A stretch of DNA of 36,245 nt from Jimgerdemannia flammicorona (taxonomy: Eukaryota), in the NCBI GenBank assembly GCA_003990765.1, contig RBNJ01000225.1, positions 1-36,245 on the forward strand, given 5' to 3'. Both the position numbers and the translations under genes were made by a program. The first letter of the stretch is position 1, and every line of letters begins with the position of its first letter. Shown here one piece after another: positions 11,380 through 23,027 of this stretch. The notes beneath the pieces are model-generated. The model did not search any database. It worked only from the letters and a program-made list of their open reading frames with translations, and was not told the origin of the DNA.

Positions 11380-14300
11380 AAGATACTCACATTTCTTAAG
11401 TATATCCTGGACTTATGTTCTGAGATTGGGCCAATATTGGTATATTGTTTGTAATATTTCTTCTATGTTTGCTTATTCTTAGTGGACTTTCTGGTATTCT
11501 TTTCAGATAAGATCTTCTTGTACCTTGATGGTCTGAGGAGCTTCCTTTAGAGTATAGTTCCTTGAGACATCCTTCTTCTAGTTCATTAGAGCTGGTGGAA
11601 AAGTATATCAACATTGTTGTGAGCTTTCCCTACTTTGTAGATGATGGTGATTTTGTAATCCTGAAGGATAAGAATCCAGCAGGCTAGGATTCTGGTAGGT
11701 TTTTTGTAGTTGAATAGCCATTTGAGAGCCACATGGTCTGTGATCAGAGTGAATTTTTTTCCAATGAAGTAATGCTTGAATAGAGTGACCATCCATATGA
11801 CTGTAAGGCATTCCAGTTTGGTGCTGCCATAGTTCATCTGCTGCTGATTGGTAGCTCGGCTTGTATAAGCTATTATATAGTATTATTGGTCAGGTTCTTC
11901 TTGGGCTAGAACTGCTCCTAGGCTATCTTTGAAAGCATCTGTATATAAGATGAATGGCTTCTGTAGATTGGAGTGCACAAGGATTAGTACTGTAGTTATG
12001 TGGTTCTTGAGTTCTTTGAAGACTTTCTCTTGTGATTCTGTCTATTTGTAAGGTACTTCTTTCTTGAGAAGGGTTTAGATTGGAGTAGTGATTTGGGTGA
12101 AATTCTTGATAAATCTTCTATAGTAGAATACTAGTATCAGGAATAATAGTGTTTCCTTCAGAGTCTTGGGTACTAGCTAATTGTTGATTTTCTCAGTTTT
12201 TTTTGAGTCTGTATAGATTCCTTTTTTTGAAACTATGAATTTAAGAAATTCAAGTTTCTGTTTCCCAAAGTAGTATTTCTTTGTATTGAGTTTCAGATGG
12301 TTCTTGCAGGTGAGCTTGAAGAATTTCTCTAGGTGGTGTAGGTGTTCTTCAAAATTTGCTGAATAGATGTTAAAATTATCTATATATATAATTAGGTAGT
12401 AATAGATCAAGGGAGTATAGACTGAATTCATTATTCTTTGAAAGAGGTATATTACAAAGTCCAAAGGGCATTTAGAGATATTCAAACAGTTTTCCTAGAG
12501 CAAAGAAGGCTGTCTTTTGAATGTCTTTTAGGTTTATGGGAATCTCATGAAATTCTACAAAAAGGTCCATACTGCTGAAATATCTGGTATCTTGTAACTG
12601 ATCCAAAAGGTCATTGATTCTGAGCAAAGGATAGGCATTCTTTTCAGTAACTAAATTGAGTTTCTGTAATCTATACAGAGTCTCCATCCTCCTTTCTTTG
12701 GTACAATAAGTATAGGACTAGCTCAGGGGCTGGTAGAGGATCAGATGACTCCATTGTCTAGAAGTTCTTAAATGTACTCCTTTTTGAATGTTTTTAGATA
12801 ATGGGGTATTCTATAGGGTTTCTGTTGGATGGGTATTATATTTCCTGTATTTATGCTATAGTGATATAGCAGGTTACCATAATTGGTAATGAAGATATCT
12901 TGATATTTGTTGAGAAGTTCTACTAGTTGTTACCATTATTGGGGGTGTCAATTCTTCTCCAATGTCAGTGGAAGACTTCACTGTCTCTTGGGTCACAGAG
13001 GGGTCTTTTCTTTCTTCTGAGACCTTTTGTCATTTCCTGATAAGTTTAGTTCATAAACTTCTCTATGAGTTTAATTGAGAAAAGGCACCAGGTGTCCTAT
13101 GATAGTTCCTTTTGACAAGATGATGGTCTCCCAACTTTGGTTGGTTGCTTGGGAGTATACTAGGTTCATCTTGTTAGAGAAGATATATCCTTCTATATCT
13201 AGGTATGGAATATCTATATTGGGTTCAAAGAAGAGATTTCTTGGATTGAGTGGTGTAAAGATTTTGAAGGTAGTTTGTTCTCTAGACTCTAAGATGAGGT
13301 TTTTGTACAGTTTGACTGGCTGGTGGTATACTTACTGGAGAACATTCCTTTTGAGGTGGTTGACTTGAAGAAGATGTACTTCTTTCTTATCTAAACTTTC
13401 AAATCCTTTGGCTTGTCTTATTCCTTTAGTCAGTTTGGAGACTTCTTGTAATTGTGAGGTCTTGATCTTCATAAAGACTGCTTGGACAATCTTCTGTTCT
13501 CTAATAATTCAGTACTATTCAGCACTACTATTGTATAGGATGACCTTAATTTTACCTATATATCCTGGGTCAATAATTCCTCCTTCTATGGTTATCTTTT
13601 ATCTGGCAAGTCCAGACCTTGAGGTCAATTATATGTAGATTCCTTGAGGTGGCTGTATGGCTAGTCTTATTCTGATTATGAATATTTTTTCAGGTTTGAT
13701 GAATTCATCCTCCAGACTGTGAAGATCATATCCTATATCTTCTGAGTGAGCTTTGGTCAGAGGTTTGGCCTTGAGATATAGCAGAGTATACTGAGTAATA
13801 TTTTTACTGAGTTCAGACTATCCTTGGGCTGAAGCTCTACTAGCAGAGAGCTTTCAGGCTCTGAGATTGAGGTGTAGCCATCTGGCTCCAGTAGAGGGAT
13901 CTCATAGATAGTTTATTCCTCTTCTTCCTATAGGGTCTAGGGCTTCTATGAAGTTGGTGGCATCTTTTATCCATCCTTAGCAGGTTGTATATCTGATAAG
14001 AGTTAGAATGTCTTCTTCTAAATTATAGATCTTAAGGGTCCTTCTTTCTGGCTTCTTGGTCTGGCTTTTTCAGATCTGGCCTCTATTATCTTCTCTCTTC
14101 AAAGTGTAGATTACAACATCATGACTGAGGTGAATCTTCTGATGTCTACAGTCTCAGTAGTCTGGGTGTCTTCTATGGTTACAATATCCCATTACTTAGA
14201 AATAATATTTCTGGTTATTGATTTCTTATTATCTTGGGAATCAGTATCCATCTTGATCATAAGTTGGGGGAAGAGTAGACAAGAGGTACACTTCTGTTTG

Positions 14301-17300
14301 GGTGAAGAGACCTTGTTCTCTAAATCAACTTTGTAACTTAGTGGTAACTTTCTGGAAGATAGTTGACTATATAACTATATTTAGGGGTTCTGGTCTTTGG
14401 GGTCTTTGTCTCTCTTACTGGTCAAGTAGATAGCACTGATAACAGTAGTCTTGAAGAGAGTAGAAGACCATTTGGTATGGATATCTTCCTAGCCGAAAAG
14501 TTCTTTCTTGATGGGTTTCTTTCTTGGGAATAATGGGGATTATACTGAGTTCTTCTTCCATATTCCAAGAGTCATTGTCTTCAGGTAGTGTCCAGTGAGG
14601 GTTATCTCAGAGAATGAGTTTGGGGACCTCTTCTTCTTCAGATGCTTCTTGTTCAGGAACTTCTTGGTCAGGAACTTCTTCCTCAGATGATTCTTATCTC
14701 CAAATTACTTGTACTTCTGTAGCTTCAGCTATAGGTATTTCTGGAATACATATGTCTGTATTTCTTCTTCTTTCTTCTACACTTGGGACAGGCTGTGCCA
14801 GGTGAATTCCTTGTCTCAATAATCTTGAAGAAGTGCTTGGGACACTTATATCTCTTGAGACAGATGAGGTATCCTTTGATTTCTTCTACAATGGCTCTAA
14901 TAGTAATGGGGATAGTATTCTTGGCCCATACATTGTCTTCTGGCCTGTCATCCACTAGGTTGATCCTGGGATTAAGTCTGGGATCATTTCCATCTTCAGA
15001 TTCTTCTTCCTCCTCTGTAAGACTCTTCACTGCTGACATATTCTTCCTAGATAGTGACCTTCTTCTTCTTCTTTAATTGCTCATAACTGATCACCTTAAC
15101 TCTGTACTTCTTGTCTCAGTAGTTAAACTTGAGTACTTATTGACTGATATTAACAACTGTATTCATTTTCTTCATCCAGTTGGTACTAAGAATTATATCA
15201 TAGGTGATAGCTTTAGTAATAACAGCTTTTGGGATAGAGAACTGAATGTGTCCAAGAGAAATAGTGATATTTCATACTTCTTCAAGGGGTTGAGTTTGGG
15301 CTCCATCTGCTACTATGATGCTGAGATTGGATAGTCCATCAATAGGCCATTAGAGGGTATCCAGAAATTGCTTAGCAATGATACAGATAGCTGCTCTTGT
15401 ATCTATGAGGATTTTTGTCTTTTGTCCTCCAATATCTCTATGTAAGTAGGTGCTGACATGTCTCTCTGCAGCTTGGATAGAAATAGAAGCTGGCTCTTAT
15501 TATGGATCAGAACTCAGCCAGTGCTAGACCTAGTAGTTCTCAGCAATTTATTTCAGACTCTAGCTAGTATTAGTTGCAGAAACTATAAAAGAGGGACCTC
15601 TATCTTGGCCTCTTGAATCTTCTGCCAGACTTTATTGTAGATATCTCTAGATATGGTCTTTGGGGTATACTTCTTCTTGAGTTTTGGGGCAGTAGGTTCT
15701 TATTCTTCTTGTTTCATTTCTTCATTCTCTGATGGTAGCTCATTTGTTTCAGAGACAAATAGTGAGAGGGTTCAGAGAGATATTTCTACTTGTTCTTCTT
15801 CATGCTCTTCATCTTCCTCTTGGATAATTCTTCTGCTGATATTACTGGATGGCCTTCTTACAGGTCTCTTCCTTTTCTCTACTGGGTAGATTGTTTTTTA
15901 GATAGTAACCTTAGTAGGATATAAGTTCAGGTTACTGTAGTCTTCACTATTGCTTGCTTCCTCAAAATCTTCAATGGGATGAGCTTCAGTCTTCTTGTAC
16001 TGAGTGTCATTCTTTTGATTTAATGGTTCTGAGTCCCTTCAGTCACTTTTTTTATTATCACATTCAGTGGTATAGTGTCTGAATAGTCTACAGTAGAAGT
16101 ATTGAACTTGGGCTCTATCTCAAACAAGATATCTTCTTTCTTCTTACTGATAGCTCCTGTTATCTCTTAGTGGATAACCTTAGGTGGGTATCTTCTGTTG
16201 TCTTGATAACTCTGATTTTCATATATAGTGAGTTTTTCAATCTATCCAACCAATTGGTCCAACTTGGAGCAGAGGTCTTAGATTTCACTCCTGTCCTTCT
16301 TTTCTTCTTTGGCTAGTCTTCTTTCTTTGGATCTCTCTTGTCCTTAAAGAAGTCTTTGTAGGGCTTTGACCAGAATGTCTTCTTTATCTTCTCTCTTATT
16401 ATGGTCACTCTAGGTAGTTCTTTATCTGATATCAAAGAATCCTTGGGCTACATCTACTTGCTCTTCAGACCTTCTGATGCCTAGAGTACAGACATGCTGG
16501 GCAATGTTTGGGGAAATCTCATTCATGAAGATCATTGGACCTATGATGTTCTGATTAGTAGCATTGAACCCGATAGCATGTATTCTCTTCTGAATTCTAG
16601 TGAAGAAGGCTCTGGGTGATTCTCCAAGATTCATCTTTATCTCCATGATGGATTCTTGAGCTTTGTGACAGATTTCATTTCCTGCATATTTTTCAATAAG
16701 CCAGTAGACCATGGCTACATATTCTAGCTCACAAGATGCTACTGCTTGTATCTATCTTAATAGTTCTGAATGTGGGTCATTTACTATTTGGTGGAAAATT
16801 CCTCTGACTAGTTCTCTGAGCTGGGCCTTGTAGATGGTGATTTTTCTTTCATCTGATAGCTTTCTCAGGGCTGTGATTTCTTCAATTCTATCAAGGAATT
16901 CTCTGGGGTCTTCCTTCAGATATCCTGCAAAAGTTGGCAGTAAGGTGGCCATTTCATTATCACTTTCTTCTGATTCTGATTCTGGTCTAGATTCTGATTC
17001 AGATTTAGATTCTGATTCACTTTCTGAACTATCACTGGAAATGGGAGTGTTTGGATATCTTGAGGATGGTGTTCTAGATCTTAGACAAAGTAGAATAAGC
17101 CCAGATATTCTTATAAGAGCTACTTCTAATTCTGCAAAGACTGATGGTAAAGGTTCTATAGATAAAATTAGTGAAACTGATATGGGGTGTCTGGCTATAA
17201 GATCTTGGGCTTGTGTGATGAGATCTTTTAGTTTTTGTGTAAGTTCTTCAAGTTATTCAGGAGAGCCATCTATATTGTCTGGCTGATCTGATTGAGAATT

Positions 17301-18730
17301 TCGAGCTATACTGATTTCTGGTTGAGATTCTTCTGATACTGAGTAGTTGGCAAGTCTTGAGGTGATTACTTTTCTTCTGTCTAGATGCTAGTGATAACTG
17401 GTTCTTCTATAGTAGCAGAAATTAGTATTATATCAAATGTATCCAGTTTGACTGTGGGTCCTTGTGAGCTAAAAAGTTATATTGATTTGAAATCTTCCTA
17501 GTTGAATCTCTAAATATAATGTGTCTGACTCAATAGAGGTAAATTACAAGGTTAGAGATTGATGTAGTTTGGCTTGAGCCCCTAGTTACTTTGTTAAAAA
17601 GTAATAAAATATTCTAAAATTCTTGAGGTTCTTGATATTTATTAATATAATAGTTAAGTTCTAGATATAATGGTCAATTTCATTAAGTTTTCTTATTGAG
17701 ACAGTTCTCTGGGTATAGCAGTAATTTGTATATAAATGAGTTTCCTTTTTGGATTAACTGGGAATTGGTAGAATTTCATGTATAGTATGATAATCTCTAT
17801 ATGGTACAGGTGGACTTCTTATGCAATTTGACAGATAACTCAATTTGGGTATAGCTTCTCTTGAAGCAGACTCACTGGAAATAAAAAATGGTATAGATTC
17901 TTCTTACTGGAAATAATACTGATAGCAGGTTCTTCTGTATCAGACTCATTGGGAATAAACAAATAACTTAGATGATATAGATAACTCAGATAACTCAGAT
18001 GTTACAGATTCTTTCTGAATTAGTGAGCTTCTGAAAAATAACTCAGATAGTGTAAATTCTTTCTGAATTGGCTCACTGAGAATAATAACTCATATTCTTG
18101 GCAAGTTACATTAAGACTAGTTTCATTTGTATGGAGTTATATCAATAGACTGGCTCTACTGCAAAGTTACATCAATAGACTGACTTGTAGCAAGAATAGA
18201 ACTCTCTGAGAATATATCAAATAACTCAAAAGATAGTAAAGTTCTTTCTTAAACTTGGCAGTAAATCTTCAGGCTTATCTGGCAAGCAAACCAATTAATC
18301 TTTATATCAGAAAGTAGATCAGAGTAGAAAGAGGACCAATGCTTAATCTTTAGAGACTTCTTTGGTTTGTATTTCAGACTGAGGTTTATTCACTCTTATC
18401 TCTAGAGTATTTTATACATTATGGTTGCTATCTAGTTACTATGTGGCTAACTATAGATTTGCTACTTATGGTAAGTATACTGGTTTAGTATAAGGGTACA
18501 AGTCTAGCACAGATGTACAACTCTAGTACAGATATGCAACTCTTGCACAAGTATACAACTCTTGTATAGATATATCTTATCTAGTAGTCTGACTATTTAT
18601 ATAGTTTTTTGCAGCAATGGTTACTGTGTCTGATTACTATGCTATATGTTTATGTCATCTGACTAAGTTACTAATTGTTTATATTATCTGACTAAGTTAT
18701 AATTTAGGTGGTATATTTTGGTTTATCATA
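11380..18730 (-). mobile_element. Decayed Ty3/Gypsy retrotransposon copy 1: 5' LTR-gag-PR-Cys-rich-dUTPase-RT-RNaseH-truncated IN
   Basis: Gag LPTFAG..EDPREFL (16752-16952); CCHC knuckle remnant ~16060-16101; IDT(G>R)A at 15395-15406; dUTPase ~13390-13805; RT/RH fragments in ORFs 12472-12687, 12177-12485 and 11586-11837; 11380-14110 is colinear with 33500-36245. Confidence 0.93.
17695..18730 (-). repeat. 5' LTR of Gypsy copy 1 (may extend further left)
   Basis: Homologous to 30885-32087 (e.g. GGTTGCTATCT.GTTACTATGTGGCTAACTATAGATTTGCTA); terminal TGTTACA decayed to TATCATA at 18724-18730. Confidence 0.8.
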
Positions 18731-19258
18731 ATATTCTTAGTTCAATTTAGTATACTATATGAGGTGAGAAGCTTGTCTTTTTTTTGGTACAGCTTAAGGA
18801 CTTCTGTCCTCTATATACAAAAAAGAAGGATTGACCAGATGTTGTCTGTTTTGATAGATTTCCAAGCCAGGGTTCTTAAGGCTTAACAAAGGGCAGATAT
18901 TCTTCAGCACTATCTAGTAATATAAGGTCCTGAGCTAAGAATTCACCAACCATATGCTTGCATCACATTAAAATATGTCAGGCACAACATTTCTCTGCCC
19001 ACATATACAGATAATAATATTACTTCAGTAATGTTTTATATTCCAGAAAGAAAGGGCCCAACTTGAAGAAACAGTAGTGATATCTAGTATGACCTCACCT
19101 ATGATTTTGGGGTCTTGTTTGTGGCCAACATGGCTATCCTATTCCAACCACATGATCTTCATAACACTGTCACCTTTGAGGAGAGCTCAGACACTATAGT
19201 TATCACACTCACAACAGATGACAGGCTTATCAAGGTCTGGGACCAGTGGGTGGAGCAA

Positions 19259-19384
19259 TTTTGTAAAGGTTAGACAGTCTTTTGTGAAGGTTAGGTGGTC
19301 TTTTGTGAAGGTTAGGCAGTCTTTTGCAAAGGTTAGGCAATCTTTTGTGAAGGTTAGGCAGTCTTTTGTAAAGGTTAAGCAGTC
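19259..19384. repeat. Six tandem 21-bp repeats, consensus TTTTGTGAAGGTTAGGCAGTC
   Basis: Directly visible head-to-tail units without spacers. Confidence 0.95.
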
Positions 19385-19410
19385 AGGCACCTCTTTTTGT
19401 AGCACTAGTT

Positions 19411-19650
19411 TTAGCTTTTTGCCAGCTGTGAGCATGCAAGCTCAACACGACAGGGACTGTTGGGCATAATCACGCTCGACCACACATGTGTCGCCGTATT
19501 GTACTGAACGGTCGGGTTCCTGTTGGTGAGGTTCCCATTCTTCAGTCCCATTCGATCGCCAAAAACCCAGAGCGTCACACCATCTGCATCAAGTTGGAGC
19601 GTCGGTTTGCAACGCGTGTAGACAAGAGACGGGTCGGTCAAATCACTGCT
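19411..19650 (-). pseudogene. Possible Kelch-repeat-like exon fragment
   Basis: DGVTLWVFG...VQYNTATHVWS resembles a Kelch blade; preceded by a CTGATAACAG branch/acceptor-like site; runs into decayed sequence. Confidence 0.3.
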
Positions 19651-20324
19651 GTTATCAGTCTACCAAAACAGAAAGACCACTATAGTTTGAGCAGGGTTTT
19701 CTTATTTCTGTGCGAGGTATCCCATAGCTATTACAGACAGGGAGCTCGTCGCCAAGGCCGGAGATCTTGATTGTATTGTTTGTTCGGTTTTTGAATTTGG
19801 ATTTTCAGAGCGATTTTTCCTGTCTGAGGGGTGGTCCTGATTTTGCTTTGATTTTCCTACACCAGTTACTTGTCCAGCTTTAATATATCACTCAATAATA
19901 TTCTTGGGTTCTAGTGCTCATTCGTAAAGCATCACCTGGATGGGTTGCCATTAACCCGGGCGAAATGCTCGATATGTGAGTGGCGGGTGATCTCTGAACA
20001 CTCCATTCCAAGCATATGGAATGCAAATTTTTTTTTCGCACGACAGAAAAGGATGATTGCTTGGATTGATGGCGCTTCTGAGTTCCGAGCTTGTGAAACG
20101 GACATTTTTCGGACGTTACCCATAATTTACGGCATTCAATCTTCCATCCCGAAACATTTTCCACTGGCATTTCTGTGAATCATTTACAAATTTAATATCG
20201 CTTTTCGCTTTGAGGAAAATATCCTTTCCTCGAAGAGTGATTACCAGCGTAGATTCCATAAAGATCCCATCAATCCATTACACTCTCCCTTCGCACTCCT
20301 TGCTACGCACCCATCTCACACTCA

Positions 20325-21830
20325 TCACATCCTCACCAATATCCCCTCATCTATATCCCATTCCCTCCCTTTACACTCCTCCTCCTCGAAGGCGACCCCC
20401 TTCTTCACCCACGGTTTCCCCTTCCATACCCATCCCTCCAACGGCTTCCTCTCCACGAACCCCTTCTCGCGTAACAACTTCACCACACGCTGATACCTTT
20501 TGAAATCCCCACGCTCAATCCTGACACACTCGAGTTGCGGGCAATCCTCCAGTATGGCCACCACGGCCGTTTGCCTCACGCCCCAACACTCACCCAGCAC
20601 GAGCTCCCTGAGCTCGGGCCACGCGAGAGGTGCGATGTTGTCGCGCGTGTGGTGCTTCTCAAGGTCGCAAGAGCAGTCGACGAATGAGAGGTCGAGGGTA
20701 CGGAGGCGGGGCATCGGAGTGGTAAGAAGGTGGGCGATGAGGCGATCGCTGTTATCCGGGACCCGCTCAATCTTTGGGATAGTGAGGGCAGTCAGGGTGG
20801 ACGCGCAGGCGGTGACGAGCCGCGGCAAGTCAAGATCTGGGTCATGGCAAACGTAGTCCTCGAGGTCGAGGACGGCGAGATTGCGTGGTGGGTGGTACGA
20901 GAGGCGGCGGACGGTCCGAGCAAGGAAGGGCTTCGGTCGGGTGAGGGCGCCGGAGAGGTTGTGCACGGAGAGAGTGTGGAGGTCGGACCAACGGGCGATG
21001 GTGTCGGCGAAGTGGTCCGGGGGCAGGCTGGCGTAGACGGAATGGAGACGAAGGGTGTGGATGCGGGTACAGCGGCGGAGGGCCAGGGAGAGATCGACGG
21101 TGAGGCGACTATTGTGGAGGTGGAGCTGCTGGAGTTGCGGGTGAAGGCGGTCGATGAGGAGGAGGAGTGAGTGTGGCGGGCGTGACAGCTCGGCGCAGAA
21201 GAGATCGTTTGGATTCAGCTTTGGGCTGACGAGGTTGCTGAGCTTGTGGACGAGGGTGGGGATCGTGGGGCGCGGTTTGGGGGTGGGGACGCGGAAGATC
21301 TGGTGCTGGGCTCCACCTTTCGTAGATAGCTTGGAAACACGTAGACTCGTTATGGTTTGTGGATTCTGTAGCAGTGGCATGAGAAACTTGTCCAGAAGCC
21401 GCAGACGGCCATACTCCACCGTGTGGTTGAAGTCCAGAGACAGGGTCTGGATGTTAGGTTGCAATGCACGTACGATTTGGCTGATGGGATTCGCGCGAGT
21501 CGGGTCCAGGATAACTGGATGGTAGCAGGTGACGTCCCCGTACATGATCTCTACCCAACGTGTCATGGCTCCGAGTGCTAGGCCGTGTCGCTGGGAATCG
21601 GTCAGAATGTCGGCGAGACGATTGAGCTCATAGTCCCTATATATGTTGGTTCGCAGCCATCTCACGGTCTGCAGATTCTGCTGTAGATGGGACACTGCGC
21701 TGTTGTACCATGAGCGGCAGACCAGACAACAGGAGAGGAGGTCGAGCGTGTAGAAGTAATTGTACTTGTAGGGGGTGACGTAGATGAAGATGACATTAAG
21801 GATCTCTGGAGGGAGGGTAGGAGCTGGCAT
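20325..21830 (-). CDS. F-box / leucine-rich-repeat (RNI-like) protein, 501 aa, intronless
   Basis: N-terminal LPPEILNVIF...LLSCCLVCRSW F-box; LRR units LQQLHL, LHTLSV, LAVLDL, LRTLDLS, LRELVLGEC, CPQLECVRI. Confidence 0.9.
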   Translation of the reverse strand: MPAPTLPPEILNVIFIYVTPYKYNYFYTLDLLSCCLVCRSWYNSAVSHLQQNLQTVRWLRTNIYRDYELNRLADILTDSQRHGLALGAMTRWVEIMYGDVTCYHPVILDPTRANPISQIVRALQPNIQTLSLDFNHTVEYGRLRLLDKFLMPLLQNPQTITSLRVSKLSTKGGAQHQIFRVPTPKPRPTIPTLVHKLSNLVSPKLNPNDLFCAELSRPPHSLLLLIDRLHPQLQQLHLHNSRLTVDLSLALRRCTRIHTLRLHSVYASLPPDHFADTIARWSDLHTLSVHNLSGALTRPKPFLARTVRRLSYHPPRNLAVLDLEDYVCHDPDLDLPRLVTACASTLTALTIPKIERVPDNSDRLIAHLLTTPMPRLRTLDLSFVDCSCDLEKHHTRDNIAPLAWPELRELVLGECWGVRQTAVVAILEDCPQLECVRIERGDFKRYQRVVKLLREKGFVERKPLEGWVWKGKPWVKKGVAFEEEECKGREWDIDEGILVRM

Positions 21831-22163
21831 GGTTGACCATGTAATAAATGGAAGAACCAGTCAGACAGTCACCACCCACCACCGCCACCAAAACCATCCG
21901 AGGAAAAAAGCAGACCAACTTTCTTGTCGCCCATATAATATAGCCATTACACCTGACGTTCCGTTGTCAGAAGGAAACCCAGCCATGACCAAAAAACAAA
22001 ATTACTTGTAGCTTAGTCCAATTTATAAGTGTAACAATCTACCACTAGCAGGAGTGTTACCTTTGTGTCTCTCTTTCGCGATGACATAATATTCCATTTT
22101 GAAAGCGATGGCCCTCCCGCAAACATCAATGGTGCTTAATTAATTCGAGGGACTCTTTCATCA

Positions 22164-22638
22164 CTATAGCTTCGCCTTGATCCCTGTGCGTTCAAAGACG
22201 ACCGTTAGCATAACCTTCAAGCCGACAACGACCGAGAACGTATCGCGAAACCAACCTGTCGAATGAGATGATCGTCTGTTGTCCAGTCCCAACCTCTCGA
22301 CCGCATCGGCTGGCCCCTGGTCTAGATCTGCTGTACCTGGAGGGGCCGGCGGGCCGTTACCGTGCGGGACAGCATCTGGCGCGACTACTTTTGATTGCGA
22401 AGGGAGAAGCAAATTACGATACCAGCAATGTGCACGAAAGCAATGTCGACTATGTGTGGACGCTCACTGTTCAGCTCCGCCCAGTCGGCCCAGTAGCTTA
22501 TCCGGTCGGCCTCTTCGGCAGTCATGCCATCTGTTCGAGGGACGCAGAGGTCGGGAATTGGAAAAGGGTATAGGTGCTGCGGATGGTGAAAAGATGAGAT
22601 GTGTGGTACAAACTGTAATCTTCGTCGTCGCCGCTCAT
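22164..22638 (-). CDS. Predicted 4-exon small protein (~78 aa) ending in -AKL; exons 22638-22614, 22530-22468, 22384(or 22387)-22256, 22183-22164
   Basis: Three GT-AG introns of 72-83 nt (donors GTTTGT, GTGAGC, GTTGGT; GCTAAC branch in intron 3) join into one open frame MSGDDEDYNGMTAEEADRISYWADWAELNIAPDAVPHG...STGIKAKL. Confidence 0.55.
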
Positions 22639-23027
22639 GATGAAGATGTATTGATGGATGGAGCGAGATTCTGATCCGACCGTCATGTGATTCCGTGACG
22701 AGTCAACCCCTTTTGCCCAAGGACCACACGTTTATGCTTTCCATTTAGGTTTGAATGTTTGAAACCAGAAGCAGCAAAACATTGCTCCCTTGGAGCACAT
22801 ACTAGAATAATAGCCGTCTAATGAACATGAAGCTAGCCCTCAACCTTCAACAATACATGTCGGATTCCGGCACGGCAACCTATACCCGGAAAACGTCGTC
22901 TCCATAGAGAGCGTTTCCGATTGATCCATGAAAGAGCATTCGAAATTTGTCGCCGGGAATAGGGCATGTATATATTATGATGGTATCAAAATTGTACTTG
23001 CGCATGATACGCCAGATATCAATAATG

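Noticed and set aside
17450..17480. Primer-binding site of Gypsy copy 1 (TTTTTAGCTCACAAGGACC on the minus strand)
   Set aside because: Plausible position but too decayed to match a tRNA; it does not complement the local tRNA-Ala.
19259..19384. CRISPR array or telomeric repeat (contains GGTTAGG)
   Set aside because: Units are head-to-tail without spacers, there are no cas genes, and the 21-bp period is internal and not (TTAGGG)n.
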